A DNA stretch of 63,153 nt, filler included, from 7 parts of 7 records of this genome joined end to end with filler, not necessarily neighbours in it; one strand, 5' to 3'; shown: positions 29,451 to 40,254, counted from the first letter of the whole stretch. The notes: generated by a model not told the origin, from the letters alone. Made by a program: numbers and translations.

Positions 29451-30425
29451 ATGACGATCAATCGCCGCACCATGATGACCTGCGCCGGACTGGCTGCCGT
29501 GACCACCATGGCCGGCACGCTGCCCGGAACTACGGTTGCAGCGGCAACGCCCAAAGCCGGCACCCCTCTTCCGGGCGTCCTCCGCCGCAGGATCGGCGAC
29601 ATCGAAGTCACCGCCCTGCTCGACGGCTATCTCGATGTGCAGGAAAAGCTGCTGGTCGGCTTTGATCCGGCCGAAGCACGCAAGCTCGCCGACGCCGCGT
29701 TTCAGACGCCGGGGGCGCAACGCATTCCCGTCACGGCCTACCTTGTGAATACCGGCGGCAAACTCATTCTCGTCGATGCCGGTTCGGCCGATACGTTCGG
29801 ACCTACCCTCGGCAAGCTGCCCGAGGCCTTGCGTGCGGTCGGCGTGACGCCCCCCGATATCGACATGCTGGCGATCACCCACCTGCATCCGGACCATATC
29901 AACGGCGCCCTCAAGCCGGACGGCTCGGCCCTGTTCCCGAACGCGGAACTGGTGGTCTCCGAGACCGATCACACATTCTGGCACGATGACGGTTTCCTCA
30001 CTCAGGCGGACGAGCATGTCCGTGGCTTCTTCCACGGCGCACGCAAGGGCGTGGCGGCGTACCAAAAACGGTTACGGCTGTTCACTGACGGTGCGGAAAT
30101 CGCCCCGGGCATCCGGGCAATGGCCTTGCCCGGTCACACACCGGGACATACCGGGTTCCGCATCGATTCCGGCGAGGACAGCCTGCTGATCTGGGGTGAT
30201 GTCGCCCATATAGCCACCTACCAGTTTGCCCGGCCGGACTGGGGAATTTCCTTCGATACAGATATCGAACAAGCGCGCACAACACGGAAGAAAGTGTTGG
30301 ATCAGGTCGCGACGGACCGGCTCATGGTCGCGGGCATGCATCTGCCCTTCCCGGGATTCGGGCATGTCGCACGCGAGGGAAACGGCTACCGGTTCGTCCC
30401 GGCGGAATGGCCGTATGCGTTCTGA
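29451..30425 (+). CDS. Tat-exported MBL-fold metallo-hydrolase (organophosphate hydrolase/lactonase-like)
   Basis: INRRTMM Tat signal, LVDAG, THLHPDHING, PGHTPGH, WGDVAH, GMHLPFPG. Confidence 0.9.
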   Translation: MTINRRTMMTCAGLAAVTTMAGTLPGTTVAAATPKAGTPLPGVLRRRIGDIEVTALLDGYLDVQEKLLVGFDPAEARKLADAAFQTPGAQRIPVTAYLVNTGGKLILVDAGSADTFGPTLGKLPEALRAVGVTPPDIDMLAITHLHPDHINGALKPDGSALFPNAELVVSETDHTFWHDDGFLTQADEHVRGFFHGARKGVAAYQKRLRLFTDGAEIAPGIRAMALPGHTPGHTGFRIDSGEDSLLIWGDVAHIATYQFARPDWGISFDTDIEQARTTRKKVLDQVATDRLMVAGMHLPFPGFGHVAREGNGYRFVPAEWPYAF

Positions 30426-31487
30426 TCAACTGTCCGGGTAAAGTGCCGAACGATAGGCGAAGACGCCCGGCAAGCCGCCGGTATGGATGTAGAGCACGTT
30501 CTCCATGCCCTCGAAGGCGCCCACGCGGGTGAGGCCGATCAGACCGGCCAGGCTTTTTGCCGTATAGACCGGGTCGACAATCAACGCTTCCAGACGGCCA
30601 GCGAGCTCGATGGCCTCAAACGTGCTCTCCACCAGCCTGCCATAACTCGGGCCGAACCAGTCGTCATGGCATTGCACGTCGCTCTCGGGAACAGTCTCGC
30701 CGCACCCGAGCATGTCTTCCGCCAGCCGGGTGATGGAGAGGACGCGCTCTGTCTGACTCTTCGCGTCCCGGCGCACGCAAATGCCATGCACCGGCGTGGT
30801 ATAACCGGCAAGGCGCAGCCCAAGCAGGGTGCCGACATGTGTGGCGGCACTGCCGCTTGGTACCACCACGGCATCAAACTGCATGCCGCCTTCACTGGCC
30901 TGCTGAAGCAGCTCGATCGCGCATTGCATATAGCCGAGGGATGTCAGCGGCTTGGTGTCCGCCGACAGGGTGAAGAGGTAGGGGTTCTTGCCGTCCCGCT
31001 TCAGCCGCGCCGCAATGCTGTTGAGATTGGCATCCGCCGCCTTCTCGTCCTCGCCGAGCGGGAAGTGGTGCATGTGGGCGCCGAACATCCGATCCAGCAG
31101 CACATTGCCGGACTTGTGATATTCCTCGCCCATGCCCTCGACCCGGTTCTCAAGCTGGACATGGGCCTCCATGCCGAGCCTGGCCGCGAAGGCGGCCGCC
31201 GTGCGCATGTAGTTCGACTGCACCGCCCCGGTGATCACCGCCGTATCGGCCCCGGCGGCTTTTGCGGCGCCGAAGGAGTATTCGAGCTGGCGCACCTTGT
31301 TGCCGCCCGTGGCGACACCGGTGCAATCGTCCCGCTTCACCCAGAGTGATGGCACCGGCCCGCCAAGCTCCTCCGAGAGATGCCCGGCCAGCCGTTCCAT
31401 TTTCTCCAGCGGTGTCGGGAAATGTCCGAGCCGGACGCGCGGAAATCCATCCAATCGGTCTTGCAGCGCGTCCGGCCCCGTCATCAT
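30426..31487 (-). CDS. D-cysteine desulfhydrase / ACC deaminase family PLP enzyme
   Basis: PTPLE, WVKRDDCTG..GGNKVRQLE, GAVQSNY, DPVYTAK, IHTGG. Confidence 0.92.
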   Translation of the reverse strand: MMTGPDALQDRLDGFPRVRLGHFPTPLEKMERLAGHLSEELGGPVPSLWVKRDDCTGVATGGNKVRQLEYSFGAAKAAGADTAVITGAVQSNYMRTAAAFAARLGMEAHVQLENRVEGMGEEYHKSGNVLLDRMFGAHMHHFPLGEDEKAADANLNSIAARLKRDGKNPYLFTLSADTKPLTSLGYMQCAIELLQQASEGGMQFDAVVVPSGSAATHVGTLLGLRLAGYTTPVHGICVRRDAKSQTERVLSITRLAEDMLGCGETVPESDVQCHDDWFGPSYGRLVESTFEAIELAGRLEALIVDPVYTAKSLAGLIGLTRVGAFEGMENVLYIHTGGLPGVFAYRSALYPDS

Positions 31488-31753
31488 TCCATGCCTTCAA
31501 GTTCGGTGATGAAGCCGTCGATCACATCCAGCCCCTTGGACCAGAAGGCCGGATCGCTGGCATCCAGCCCGAAGGGGGCGAGCAATTCCTTGTGGCGCAG
31601 GGTGCCGCCGGCGGACAACATCTCCAGATACTTCTCCGCGAAGCCGTCCTCGGCATTCTGGTAGACCGCATAGAGCGAGTTCACCAGGCAGTCGCCGAAA
31701 GCATAGGCATAGACGTAGAACGGCGAATGGATGAAATGCGGGATATAGGACCA
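31484..31753 (-). CDS. M3 family oligoendopeptidase F, 3' part
   Basis: WSYIPHFIHSPFYVYAYAFGDCLVNSLY...LSAGG...FW.KGL. Confidence 0.9.
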   Translation of the reverse strand, partial: WSYIPHFIHSPFYVYAYAFGDCLVNSLYAVYQNAEDGFAEKYLEMLSAGGTLRHKELLAPFGLDASDPAFWSKGLDVIDGFITELEGME

Positions 31754-31754
31754 G

Positions 31755-31854
31755 NNNNNNNNNNNNNNNNNNNNNNNNNNNNNNNNNNNNNNNNNNNNTT
31801 AATTAATTAANNNNNNNNNNNNNNNNNNNNNNNNNNNNNNNNNNNNNNNNNNNN
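31755..31854. other. Artificial contig spacer
   Basis: N-run with TTAATTAATTAA; base composition changes across it. Confidence 0.98.
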
Positions 31855-31950
31855 CATATCTAATTGGCTCTCTTTGACAAAATCTCACAGACTTATCATA
31901 ACCTTTTAAAATAGCAAAAGGAACTACCCAAGACTCGAATCGGATCACAT

Positions 31951-32805
31951 TCAGAAAGTGTCAGTTTCTCCATCCTGAAGTTTGTGATGCTGCCGAATCC
32001 ATTCGATTGATTCGGCTGCAATCGAGGAAACGGTACCGATTCCGGGACAGACCTCAAAGTCACTTTCAACCAGAAACGCCAGCTTCTCCAACGCCCGTTT
32101 CTCGTTGAGATATCCTAGAGAATAAGCAGCATCTCCTCGCACTCCTGCAGAATCGTCAGTGAGCAGACTGAACAACACGTTTACTCCATGTCGATAATCT
32201 TTTGTCCGCCTATCCAGGTAATCCAGCGAATGACTCAGGCCCTCCGCCGCCATCCCCCGACAACAGTCTGCTTCCTGGCGATCCCAGTCAGTGACAACTT
32301 CAGCCGAGGGACCATTCAATGCAATCTCACAGAATCGCTCTGTCAAAATCCGTGCAGCATCTACACTCAGTTTATCAATCCACTTGAGTGCATATAAAAC
32401 ATGGTAATGGATCCTGATCTCCGAATGCTTCGACAGCAATTGCAGTAACTTTTTGAGAACCCGATCTCCGCCAATTGAGCCGATTGCACTTCCACAGAGT
32501 CCTGGTAATAAAGAATCCCGGGAATACAACCCCTCAAACAGAATCGGCAGGGACTTTACGACTTCAAATTCTCCAAAAATGAGTGCAGCGACCCGCTGAC
32601 TTTCGGAATCAAGCTGATCAAATTGATCGAGTAAATGTTGAACAGATTCAATCTGCAACTTATGAAAAATACGTTCTGCTTTTACGAAATTAATGCCCGA
32701 CTCTGTCTGTTGAGGGATCTTCTCTGCAAAATACTGATTCAATAATTCTTTTTCGTCGAGTGAACTCATTTCAGCAATCTTTTTAAAACTAATGAAACAG
32801 ACCAC
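31951..32805 (-). CDS. HEAT-repeat protein
   Basis: LLTDDSAGVRGDAAYSLGYL and similar helical repeats. Start may be MSSLDE at 32769. Confidence 0.75.
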   Translation of the reverse strand: MVCFISFKKIAEMSSLDEKELLNQYFAEKIPQQTESGINFVKAERIFHKLQIESVQHLLDQFDQLDSESQRVAALIFGEFEVVKSLPILFEGLYSRDSLLPGLCGSAIGSIGGDRVLKKLLQLLSKHSEIRIHYHVLYALKWIDKLSVDAARILTERFCEIALNGPSAEVVTDWDRQEADCCRGMAAEGLSHSLDYLDRRTKDYRHGVNVLFSLLTDDSAGVRGDAAYSLGYLNEKRALEKLAFLVESDFEVCPGIGTVSSIAAESIEWIRQHHKLQDGETDTF

Positions 32806-32951
32806 AGTCTAATCTCAGACATGCGGTTCGCAAATTATCTGATCAGCATACACATTCACTTTGATTCCGATATAATAAAATTTGATTTGTTTCTGAGAAT
32901 CATAATCTAAGCATTTTATAAATTCCCCCCCTATGTAAAGGATACGATGAC

Positions 32952-33866
32952 ATGCTGCGACTCCTGTTTTCCTTACTGCTGACGGTTTCATTTGCCTCTT
33001 CTGCGATATTCGCGGCAGATAAACCCAAGAATCCTCTGCCAACTCAGGCAGACGTTTCTTATGGTCCCTCCAAGATGAACAAGCTCGATTTCTGGCAGGC
33101 AGAAGGGGACGGTCCTCGCCCGCTGCTGGTTTACATTCATGGCGGCGGCTGGATTGGCGGCGATAAAGACAAGGTTCGAAACATCCAACCTTTTCTTGAC
33201 AAAGGGATTTCCTTTGCTTCGATCAATTACCGCTTAACGGGTGAAGCGTCACTTCCTGCTCCCGTGCATGATGCCGCTCGCGCTATTCAGTTCATTCGCT
33301 CCAAAGCCGGTGAATGGAACATTGACAAAGAACGCATCGCTTTAACCGGCGGCAGTGCCGGTGCCTGCACATCCATGTGGCTTTTATATCATGACGATAT
33401 GGCAGATCCCCAAGCCAAAGATCCCGTCCTGCGGGAGTCCACCCGTGTCACAGCCGCTGCCGTAGGAGCCGGGCAGACATCGATTGATCCGAAAGTAATC
33501 GAACCCTGGCTCGGCCCCAACGTCCTCAAACATGCGATGATCTATAAATCGGTCGGCGGAAAAAGCATGGAAGAAGTGATGCAAAATTACAAACAGCACG
33601 AAGCACTCTACAAGGAATTCTCACCTTATAATCACCTGACCGCCGATGATCCTCCACTCTTGATGACTTATGGCAATAACATGAAGCTGCCTTCAGAAAA
33701 CGCAGGCCATGGAATTCATCACCCCGTGTATGGCGTCAAAATGAAAGAGAAAGCTGATAAAGTCGGCACTGAATGTCATCTCTTGATCCCCGGAGTTTCC
33801 AAGTCGAAAAAATACGCGACTTCAGACGAATTCCTGATGGACAAACTTTTGAATAAAGATTCCTGA
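32952..33866 (+). CDS. Secreted alpha/beta hydrolase (esterase)
   Basis: Signal peptide, YIHGGGW, SINYRL, nucleophile GGSAG. Confidence 0.92.
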   Translation: MLRLLFSLLLTVSFASSAIFAADKPKNPLPTQADVSYGPSKMNKLDFWQAEGDGPRPLLVYIHGGGWIGGDKDKVRNIQPFLDKGISFASINYRLTGEASLPAPVHDAARAIQFIRSKAGEWNIDKERIALTGGSAGACTSMWLLYHDDMADPQAKDPVLRESTRVTAAAVGAGQTSIDPKVIEPWLGPNVLKHAMIYKSVGGKSMEEVMQNYKQHEALYKEFSPYNHLTADDPPLLMTYGNNMKLPSENAGHGIHHPVYGVKMKEKADKVGTECHLLIPGVSKSKKYATSDEFLMDKLLNKDS

Positions 33867-33888
33867 GCCTGACTCTGAACACAACCAG

Positions 33889-33929
33889 AACACAGAGACG
33901 AAGTCCACTTATTTCGTCTCTGTGTTTTT
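33889..33929. terminator. Hairpin terminator between convergent genes
   Basis: AACACAGAGACGAA...TTCGTCTCTGTGTT followed by T-run. Confidence 0.75.
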
Positions 33930-33946
33930 ATTTCCCGACAGCACTT

Positions 33947-35439
33947 TCAATTCTCAAACAGTTCTGCCGCGAGTCGTGGATCTGACAAGTCCAGTTGATA
34001 CATAATCTGATTGTAATCATAACGCGGCGTCTTGAATTCGTTTCCTGAAAACAGGGCTGTATAGGTCCCTTCGAAGTAAATCAGACGGCCTTTCTCCCGG
34101 GCGAACAGGGGATGCTGTTTCGGATTATAAAAGCTGTACTTGTCATGCGTGACAACCTTGCGCCCCCATTTCCAGGGTCCCAACGGGCTTCTGGCCTCGG
34201 AATACCAGATTTCGCCCAACACGGAAGTACCATATTTCTGCAGCCCGATCATCGTCCACTTGCCTCGAAACTCATTCCAGGCGACTGAGCTGTTCTGAAT
34301 CTCGACTCTCTCTTTCGTTTCGATGTCACGCATCTGAAAGTATCGCTCCTGTTCTAACAGTTTTTTCTGTTGAATCAGTTGTTTCTCCAACTCGCTGGTT
34401 AAGGGGGGAATATTTTTCCGCCATTGATAGCGTAACTGCCCCTCTTCATTCCGGTCCACGATCCACTTTGCAGCCTCTGTCCCCGGCTTCAGGTAGGAAT
34501 AGGTTTCATATTGTTTCAAGTCAGCCAGAGCATCCGAATTCGCCGGAACCCGAATCAACGGGACTGCCAGTCCGAACAGAACATAGTCATTACCTGACAT
34601 TTGATATTTCACTGGATGTCCGACCGGATAGAGCGAGGCATCGAAATCGAACTCCTTTCGCTTCTCAAATACTTTCAGCTCATCATTGAATTCAACCAGG
34701 CCCCGTTCGTATACGGTCAGGAGATCCTTAATCTTGACGTATTTCGCAAACAGTCGTTCGTCACCCCGGCTATCTCGTAACGTAACTAAACCATCAATCC
34801 AGGTCGGCCCCGGTCCGGGCATATCACAGGTTTTTTTAGCGAAGCCCTGCTGATCCAGAAAATAATTCAGATTAACGCCGAGTTGAATCGGCAGTCCTCC
34901 CTGATCGGGCAAATCAGAAACAGCACCTGGTACCGAAAAATTCCCCAGTGGATAGCCAGGGTAATTCGTATCTCCCCAGAACCAGTACACTCGTTTTTTG
35001 AACTTCGCATTCACGACACTGTCGGAACCGAGCACCTTACCATTCAAGACAGGTTCCGCTATGGGAATGTCAGCATCTGTCAGAAGACTGTCTCGATAAA
35101 TGCCTTCCCCTGTCAGGCGGTACAATCGTTCTGCGAGATTAACCCGTTTCATTTCCAGGACGGCTTTCCTTCCGGGACTGACCTGAATTTTTTTCCCTTG
35201 ATATCCAAACCCGTCAGCGGGAAATACATATCCGTGACTGCGAACATAAAAGTAGACTTCCTGATGCATTAACCCTGGTTCGTTAATCGCAGCAATGCCA
35301 TTACTGTCAGTGACATATAGAATTTGATTGACCGTTTTCAGTTCGACCAGGGGAATGCCGCGCTTCGATTCAGAATCAATCACCTGTATCTGAAAATATT
35401 CCGCAGCCAGAATCAGCCGAGGGACCCCCAGCAGCAACA
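33947..35439 (-). CDS. Secreted hypothetical protein, possible beta-propeller glycoside-hydrolase-like fold, 5'-partial
   Basis: 496+ aa open to the spacer. YWFWGDT, WNEFRGKW, SEARSPLGPW, FYNPKQHP. Confidence 0.7.
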
Positions 35440-35539
35440 NNNNNNNNNNNNNNNNNNNNNNNNNNNNNNNNNNNNNNNNNNNNTTAATTAATTAANNNNN
35501 NNNNNNNNNNNNNNNNNNNNNNNNNNNNNNNNNNNNNNN
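35440..35539. other. Artificial contig spacer
   Basis: N-run with TTAATTAATTAA. Confidence 0.98.
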
Positions 35540-35540
35540 T

Positions 35541-36407
35541 GACACAACAATTTTGGATGCAGGTACAGACACGGTTAATACATATACTTACATTTGGTCA
35601 ACTGGTGCTACAACATCTTCTATCCCAGTTAATACTGCTGGAGTGTATACAATTACAAAAGCAGATGTTTCTGGTAACTGTTCATACGATGACACAATTG
35701 AAATTGTTGTTGCCCGAGTAGACTTAGGTCCATCGGCTGTCGGTTATTGCTCTGGATCAATTCCAACATTGGATGCTGGACCTGGTGGAGTAACGTACTT
35801 ATGGAGTTCTGGACAATCATCGCAAACAATTACGCCAGCTTCAGCAGGAGCATACAGCGTAACGGTGATTGATACAAATGGATGTCTATTGATTGATGCA
35901 ATTAATATTATTGAATCAATTCCAGTTGTTGATCTTGGATCAAATCAAACGATTTGTGTAAACCAAACAACGTCATTGGATGCTGAGAATCCAGGAGCAA
36001 CTTACTTATGGTCAAATGCGGCTACAACGCAAACATTGACTGTAGACGGTGCTATATTAGGAATTGGAACTTACAACTACTCAGTAACTGTAACAGACAG
36101 TATCGGATGTATTGCTACAGATGCAATTACAGTAACTGTTGATGCATGTGCTGGATTGGACGAGTTGGCTGGTGTTGAAATGAACATCTACCCAAATCCA
36201 TCTAATGGAATCTTTAACTATACAATTAGCAATGTATCAGAAACGGTTGTTATGACAATTTCTGATCTTTCTGGACGTGCAGTTTCAAACGGTGTGATTG
36301 CTACTGAACAAGGAACAATCGATCTTACAAATTATGAAACAGGAGTATATATCTTGAACATTCAAATTGGTGACGCAAGTTCATCTGTTCGTTTGTTGAA
36401 GCAATAA
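35541..36407 (+). CDS. T9SS type A sorting domain protein, 3' part
   Basis: Repeats LDAG...YLWS.G, C-terminal IYPNPSNG...GVYILNI...RLLKQ. Confidence 0.9.
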   Translation, partial: DTTILDAGTDTVNTYTYIWSTGATTSSIPVNTAGVYTITKADVSGNCSYDDTIEIVVARVDLGPSAVGYCSGSIPTLDAGPGGVTYLWSSGQSSQTITPASAGAYSVTVIDTNGCLLIDAINIIESIPVVDLGSNQTICVNQTTSLDAENPGATYLWSNAATTQTLTVDGAILGIGTYNYSVTVTDSIGCIATDAITVTVDACAGLDELAGVEMNIYPNPSNGIFNYTISNVSETVVMTISDLSGRAVSNGVIATEQGTIDLTNYETGVYILNIQIGDASSSVRLLKQ

Positions 36408-36425
36408 TTTCCTTTCACTGAATAC

Positions 36426-36463
36426 AAAATCCCAGCTCGAGTTTCGGGCTGGGATTTTTTTTG
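36426..36463. terminator. Bidirectional terminator
   Basis: AAAATCCCAGCTCGA-GTT-TCGGGCTGGGATTTTTTTT. Confidence 0.85.
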
Positions 36464-36477
36464 TGGTTAGGGGCAAC

Positions 36478-39400
36478 TCATCGAACACTTAAATCTTTAT
36501 TCGCTCGGCTGAAAAAGTTTTTATGTCTATTATTTGTTACCACATCCTTTAGTTTCGTATCATCAATCTCTGTATACCTTGGATCTTCGATGACATTTAA
36601 TTTTTCTAAATAATCTACTTCTATATTAACGCAATCGTACTCGATAATCACCCTTCCCCTCACATGATACACGCCCACGCCACGAAAAGGGAAACGCGCC
36701 GCTATCTGAGGAAAATGAACCGTGTCTAACCATTCATCTTCTTCATCTAAAAAGGTTCCGAAAAACATTCGCTCTCCTCCACTCGTTGTTGTTCGTTTCG
36801 CATGAATGAGGTATCCCTTCACCCACACAATTTGATTATTGTAGTTAGGTAATTCTCTTGCGAGTACAATCTCCCGATCATTTCCGTAGGCAATTTCGAA
36901 TGGGCTTTGAAGCGGAAACCCCAAAATTTCCATTTGATCAAACGCTTCTTCATTTGTGGAATGATTCAACGAAGGAATTGTAAACTCTTTTGGTCTAATC
37001 CTAAATAGGTCGGGCGCGTTTTCATCTATCCCACTTCTGCGAGATTTCAAATGCGCTTCCCAGAGCAATGTTCGTTTGTCCTTCCCTGTAAATCTAAAAG
37101 CATCCATTCTGATTAGAATTTCCAATTGCTCCATTCCAACAGCCACTCGGTCTAAAAAATCTTCAAAATCAGAGAAATCACCATTTCGTTTCCTTTCCCA
37201 TTCAATTTTCACTCCCATTTGATGATCAAACGATTTCAATAAATGGAATCCCAAATAAATTTCCTTTTCATAAATGCACGTTTCATAATTACTTAGATTA
37301 ACACACGGTTCATGGACGGCTCCTCCGCATTTTCTCGCTTCATAGACATACAATTCCGTACTGTAGAATCCTCCATAATTATTGATTGTCGCCACCATAA
37401 ACTCAAGTGGGTAGTACGCTTTTAAGAATAGACATTGATAACTTTCCACAGCATAAGATGCCGAATGACCTTTCGCAAACGCATAACCTGCGAAACTTTC
37501 CGTCTGCCTCCAGACCTCAGCGGTTAATTCACGGGAATGTTTTTTTTCACCCAAGCAATTTTCGAAAAACTTCTGTTTCACCGCTTGGAACTCTTCCCTA
37601 GAACGAAATTTTCCAGACATTCCTCGACGCATTTTATCAGCCTCTCCCAATGATAGTCCTGCGAAATAATGCGCAACTTTAATTACATCCTCTTGGTACA
37701 CCATCACGCCATAAGTTTCAGGCATTAATCCTAATAAAACGGGATGCGCTTCCGCTCTCAATTCGGGATGTCGAAAACGTTTAATGTATGTATTCATCAT
37801 TCCCGACTTCGCTACACCTGGACGAATCACAGAACTCGCTGCCACCAATCCTAGATAATCATCTACCTGCAGTTTCCTGAGAAGCATACGCATTGCTGGA
37901 GATTCTACATAAAAACACCCAATTGCTTGTGCATTCTTCAACATCGATTTAATTCTCTCATCCTTTTTAAAGGAGTTCATGTCGTGAATATCAATTTTGG
38001 GTGCTTTCGGTTGATTGTATTCAATAATATCCAACGCATCTTTTATTTTACTCAATCCGCGCTGGCTCAGAATATCGAATTTAAACAGTCCAACATCTTC
38101 CGCTTCGTGCATGTCAAACTGAATCGTTGGAAACCCTTTTGGAGGAAGAAACGTTGCCGTAAAATGATTGATTGGCTTCTCAGAGATTACAATTCCGCTA
38201 GCATGCACACTTAAATGACTTGGAAATCCATGAATGTACTCCGCATACTTTAGTACCAATCTCGAGAGTTCACTATGTTCCCATTCTTGCACTATTCCTT
38301 TACTCAATTTGTCAATTTCTTCTTTCGGTAAACCAAACACTTTTCCAAGCTCCCTAACTACCGCCTTTTGTTGGAATGTATTATAAGTTGCAACGAGCGC
38401 TACATGTTTAAATCGTTCAAAAATGTAGCGCGTCATATCTTCTCGATTTCGCCATGAAAAATCAATGTCAAAATCTGGCGGATTCGTTCGATACAGGTTG
38501 ATGAATCGCTCGAAATACAAATCCAACTCAATTGGATCCACGTCGGTAATTCTCAGCAAATAAGCAACTACACTATTTGCACCACTTCCTCGTCCTACAT
38601 AAAAATAACCCATCTTGCGCGCATAGCTAACGATGTCCCAATTCATTAAAAAATAGGAAACAAAACCCATCTTTTGAATGGTAACCAGCTCTCGTTCTAT
38701 TCGTTCCGTAATCGTGTCTGTCATCTGAGGATACCGATAAGCGATTCCCTTTTTGCAGAGTTCCTCTAATAAAACCACATCCTCTTGCGCTGAAGCTGTA
38801 TACGTTTTTTGATTCTGGTGCTCAGCATCCTCTGAAAAATCAAACTCAATACTACATTCTTGAAGTAATTGTTCTGTATTTTGAATCAGCGAAGGGCAAT
38901 CTGCATACATTTCTACAAGGACATTCTTGCTGACCATTTTATCATCTATCGACGCTTGCTCTTCTTTTGGGACCTTACTCAATAAACTATTCAGGTCAAT
39001 GGCACGGAGTAAACGATGCGCATTGAAATCTCTTTTATTTCTAACTGTTACCGTTTTAAGCATCACTCCTTTCGTTAAAGACACCTTTTTTATTCGGATA
39101 TAATCCAAGTCTTCAGGACGAATTCCAATGAATTCATTTTTCGAGAGTATTCTTTCGATCCCTCGTTGAAAGGGATAAATCACAAACGTATCCTCCAACT
39201 GGGGTGCGATTTCAGGAATCCGCTTCTTGCCATGTAAGATTTCCGTTAAATACCGGTTGATGCATTCGAATCCATGATTGTTTTTTGCCAGCATCACGAA
39301 ACATTGTCGAGTTCCGTTTCTAAAATCTACCCCCACTACAGGTTGAATTCCATACTTCTCAGATTCTCTCACAAAACTCAAACAAGCAGATGTCGTATTA

Positions 39401-39513
39401 ATATCTGTTAAAGCTAAACGATCAATTCCTGCACTTTTCGCATCCGTTAAAAGCGTTTTTAGGTCCACAACTCCGTAGCGCAAACTATAATATGTGTGCG
39501 TATTTAAATACAT
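36478..39513 (-). CDS. dnaE2: DNA polymerase III alpha subunit, DnaE2-type (error-prone) paralog
   Basis: PHP HTYYSL/ALTDIN, GRGSGANS, PPDFDIDF, KFDILS, FAGYAFAKGHSASYA (DnaE2-like rather than GFNKSH). 1011 aa, short C-terminus. Confidence 0.8.
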   Translation of the reverse strand: MYLNTHTYYSLRYGVVDLKTLLTDAKSAGIDRLALTDINTTSACLSFVRESEKYGIQPVVGVDFRNGTRQCFVMLAKNNHGFECINRYLTEILHGKKRIPEIAPQLEDTFVIYPFQRGIERILSKNEFIGIRPEDLDYIRIKKVSLTKGVMLKTVTVRNKRDFNAHRLLRAIDLNSLLSKVPKEEQASIDDKMVSKNVLVEMYADCPSLIQNTEQLLQECSIEFDFSEDAEHQNQKTYTASAQEDVVLLEELCKKGIAYRYPQMTDTITERIERELVTIQKMGFVSYFLMNWDIVSYARKMGYFYVGRGSGANSVVAYLLRITDVDPIELDLYFERFINLYRTNPPDFDIDFSWRNREDMTRYIFERFKHVALVATYNTFQQKAVVRELGKVFGLPKEEIDKLSKGIVQEWEHSELSRLVLKYAEYIHGFPSHLSVHASGIVISEKPINHFTATFLPPKGFPTIQFDMHEAEDVGLFKFDILSQRGLSKIKDALDIIEYNQPKAPKIDIHDMNSFKKDERIKSMLKNAQAIGCFYVESPAMRMLLRKLQVDDYLGLVAASSVIRPGVAKSGMMNTYIKRFRHPELRAEAHPVLLGLMPETYGVMVYQEDVIKVAHYFAGLSLGEADKMRRGMSGKFRSREEFQAVKQKFFENCLGEKKHSRELTAEVWRQTESFAGYAFAKGHSASYAVESYQCLFLKAYYPLEFMVATINNYGGFYSTELYVYEARKCGGAVHEPCVNLSNYETCIYEKEIYLGFHLLKSFDHQMGVKIEWERKRNGDFSDFEDFLDRVAVGMEQLEILIRMDAFRFTGKDKRTLLWEAHLKSRRSGIDENAPDLFRIRPKEFTIPSLNHSTNEEAFDQMEILGFPLQSPFEIAYGNDREIVLARELPNYNNQIVWVKGYLIHAKRTTTSGGERMFFGTFLDEEDEWLDTVHFPQIAARFPFRGVGVYHVRGRVIIEYDCVNIEVDYLEKLNVIEDPRYTEIDDTKLKDVVTNNRHKNFFSRANKDLSVR

Positions 39514-39793
39514 TCGTAAAAAAAATTTATTGGAGGCTGAATTTCAAAAATACAGTTATTTAATCATAAATAGATTACATTTTAATCATTATTTATTTTT
39601 AACCCATAAAATGATTAATTTAGGTTAAATAGACTGTTCAGATGTTAAAAATTACACAGCAGAACAAAAACTATGAAACAGATTTTTATGCTGTGTAAAT
39701 AGTCACTAATTTTACCAAGCAACTTTTTACTATCGACTAACGTCAACTAAAGAGCTATAAGTATATGATTTGCAATCACTAATTACTCACATT

Positions 39794-40244
39794 ATGAAAA
39801 GAATTAAAATGACTACGTGTCCTCCTATTAGTTATATCCGCTTCAGTAAGCAGTTTAGTTTCGGCGCAAACAACTAGCAGCTCAACTTCTGACTGGAAAC
39901 TTATGCATGAGGAAAACGGAGTTCAAATTTTTGCGAAAGAAGCAAGTTGCAGAATTTCTGATCAATTAGAAAAACCGTGCGACTATGCCTTTCTAAAAAT
40001 TGTCAACACTACGGCGACAGAAAAGTCTGTTTTTTACAATTTTGGATTAGCCTATGCTGAAGGATGCAATGGTTGCGAAGACAACACAGAATTTTCTTAT
40101 GGAGTTAATGTTCCGGCCAATAGTAGTTTAGAAGGAGATTGTTCATTTGAAAACACAGGTTTATCTCGTATTATTCGAAATCCAAACCTTGAAGGTGGAT
40201 GGAATTTCGAGCAAGTGAACATTACAAATCCTCAAATAGATTAA
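39794..40244 (+). pseudogene. Secreted hypothetical protein with apparent +1 frameshift near 39812
   Basis: MKRIKM (39794-39811), one extra base, then LRVLLLVISASVSSLVSAQ...DWKLMHEE in frame with the 39903-40244 ORF. Confidence 0.6.
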
Positions 40245-40254
40245 TACTAGACTC

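Noticed and set aside
30426-31487. True ACC deaminase (acdS)
   Set aside because: Family motifs only. The IVDPVYTAKS region resembles D-cysteine desulfhydrase-like members and not the DPVYEGKS of AcdS.
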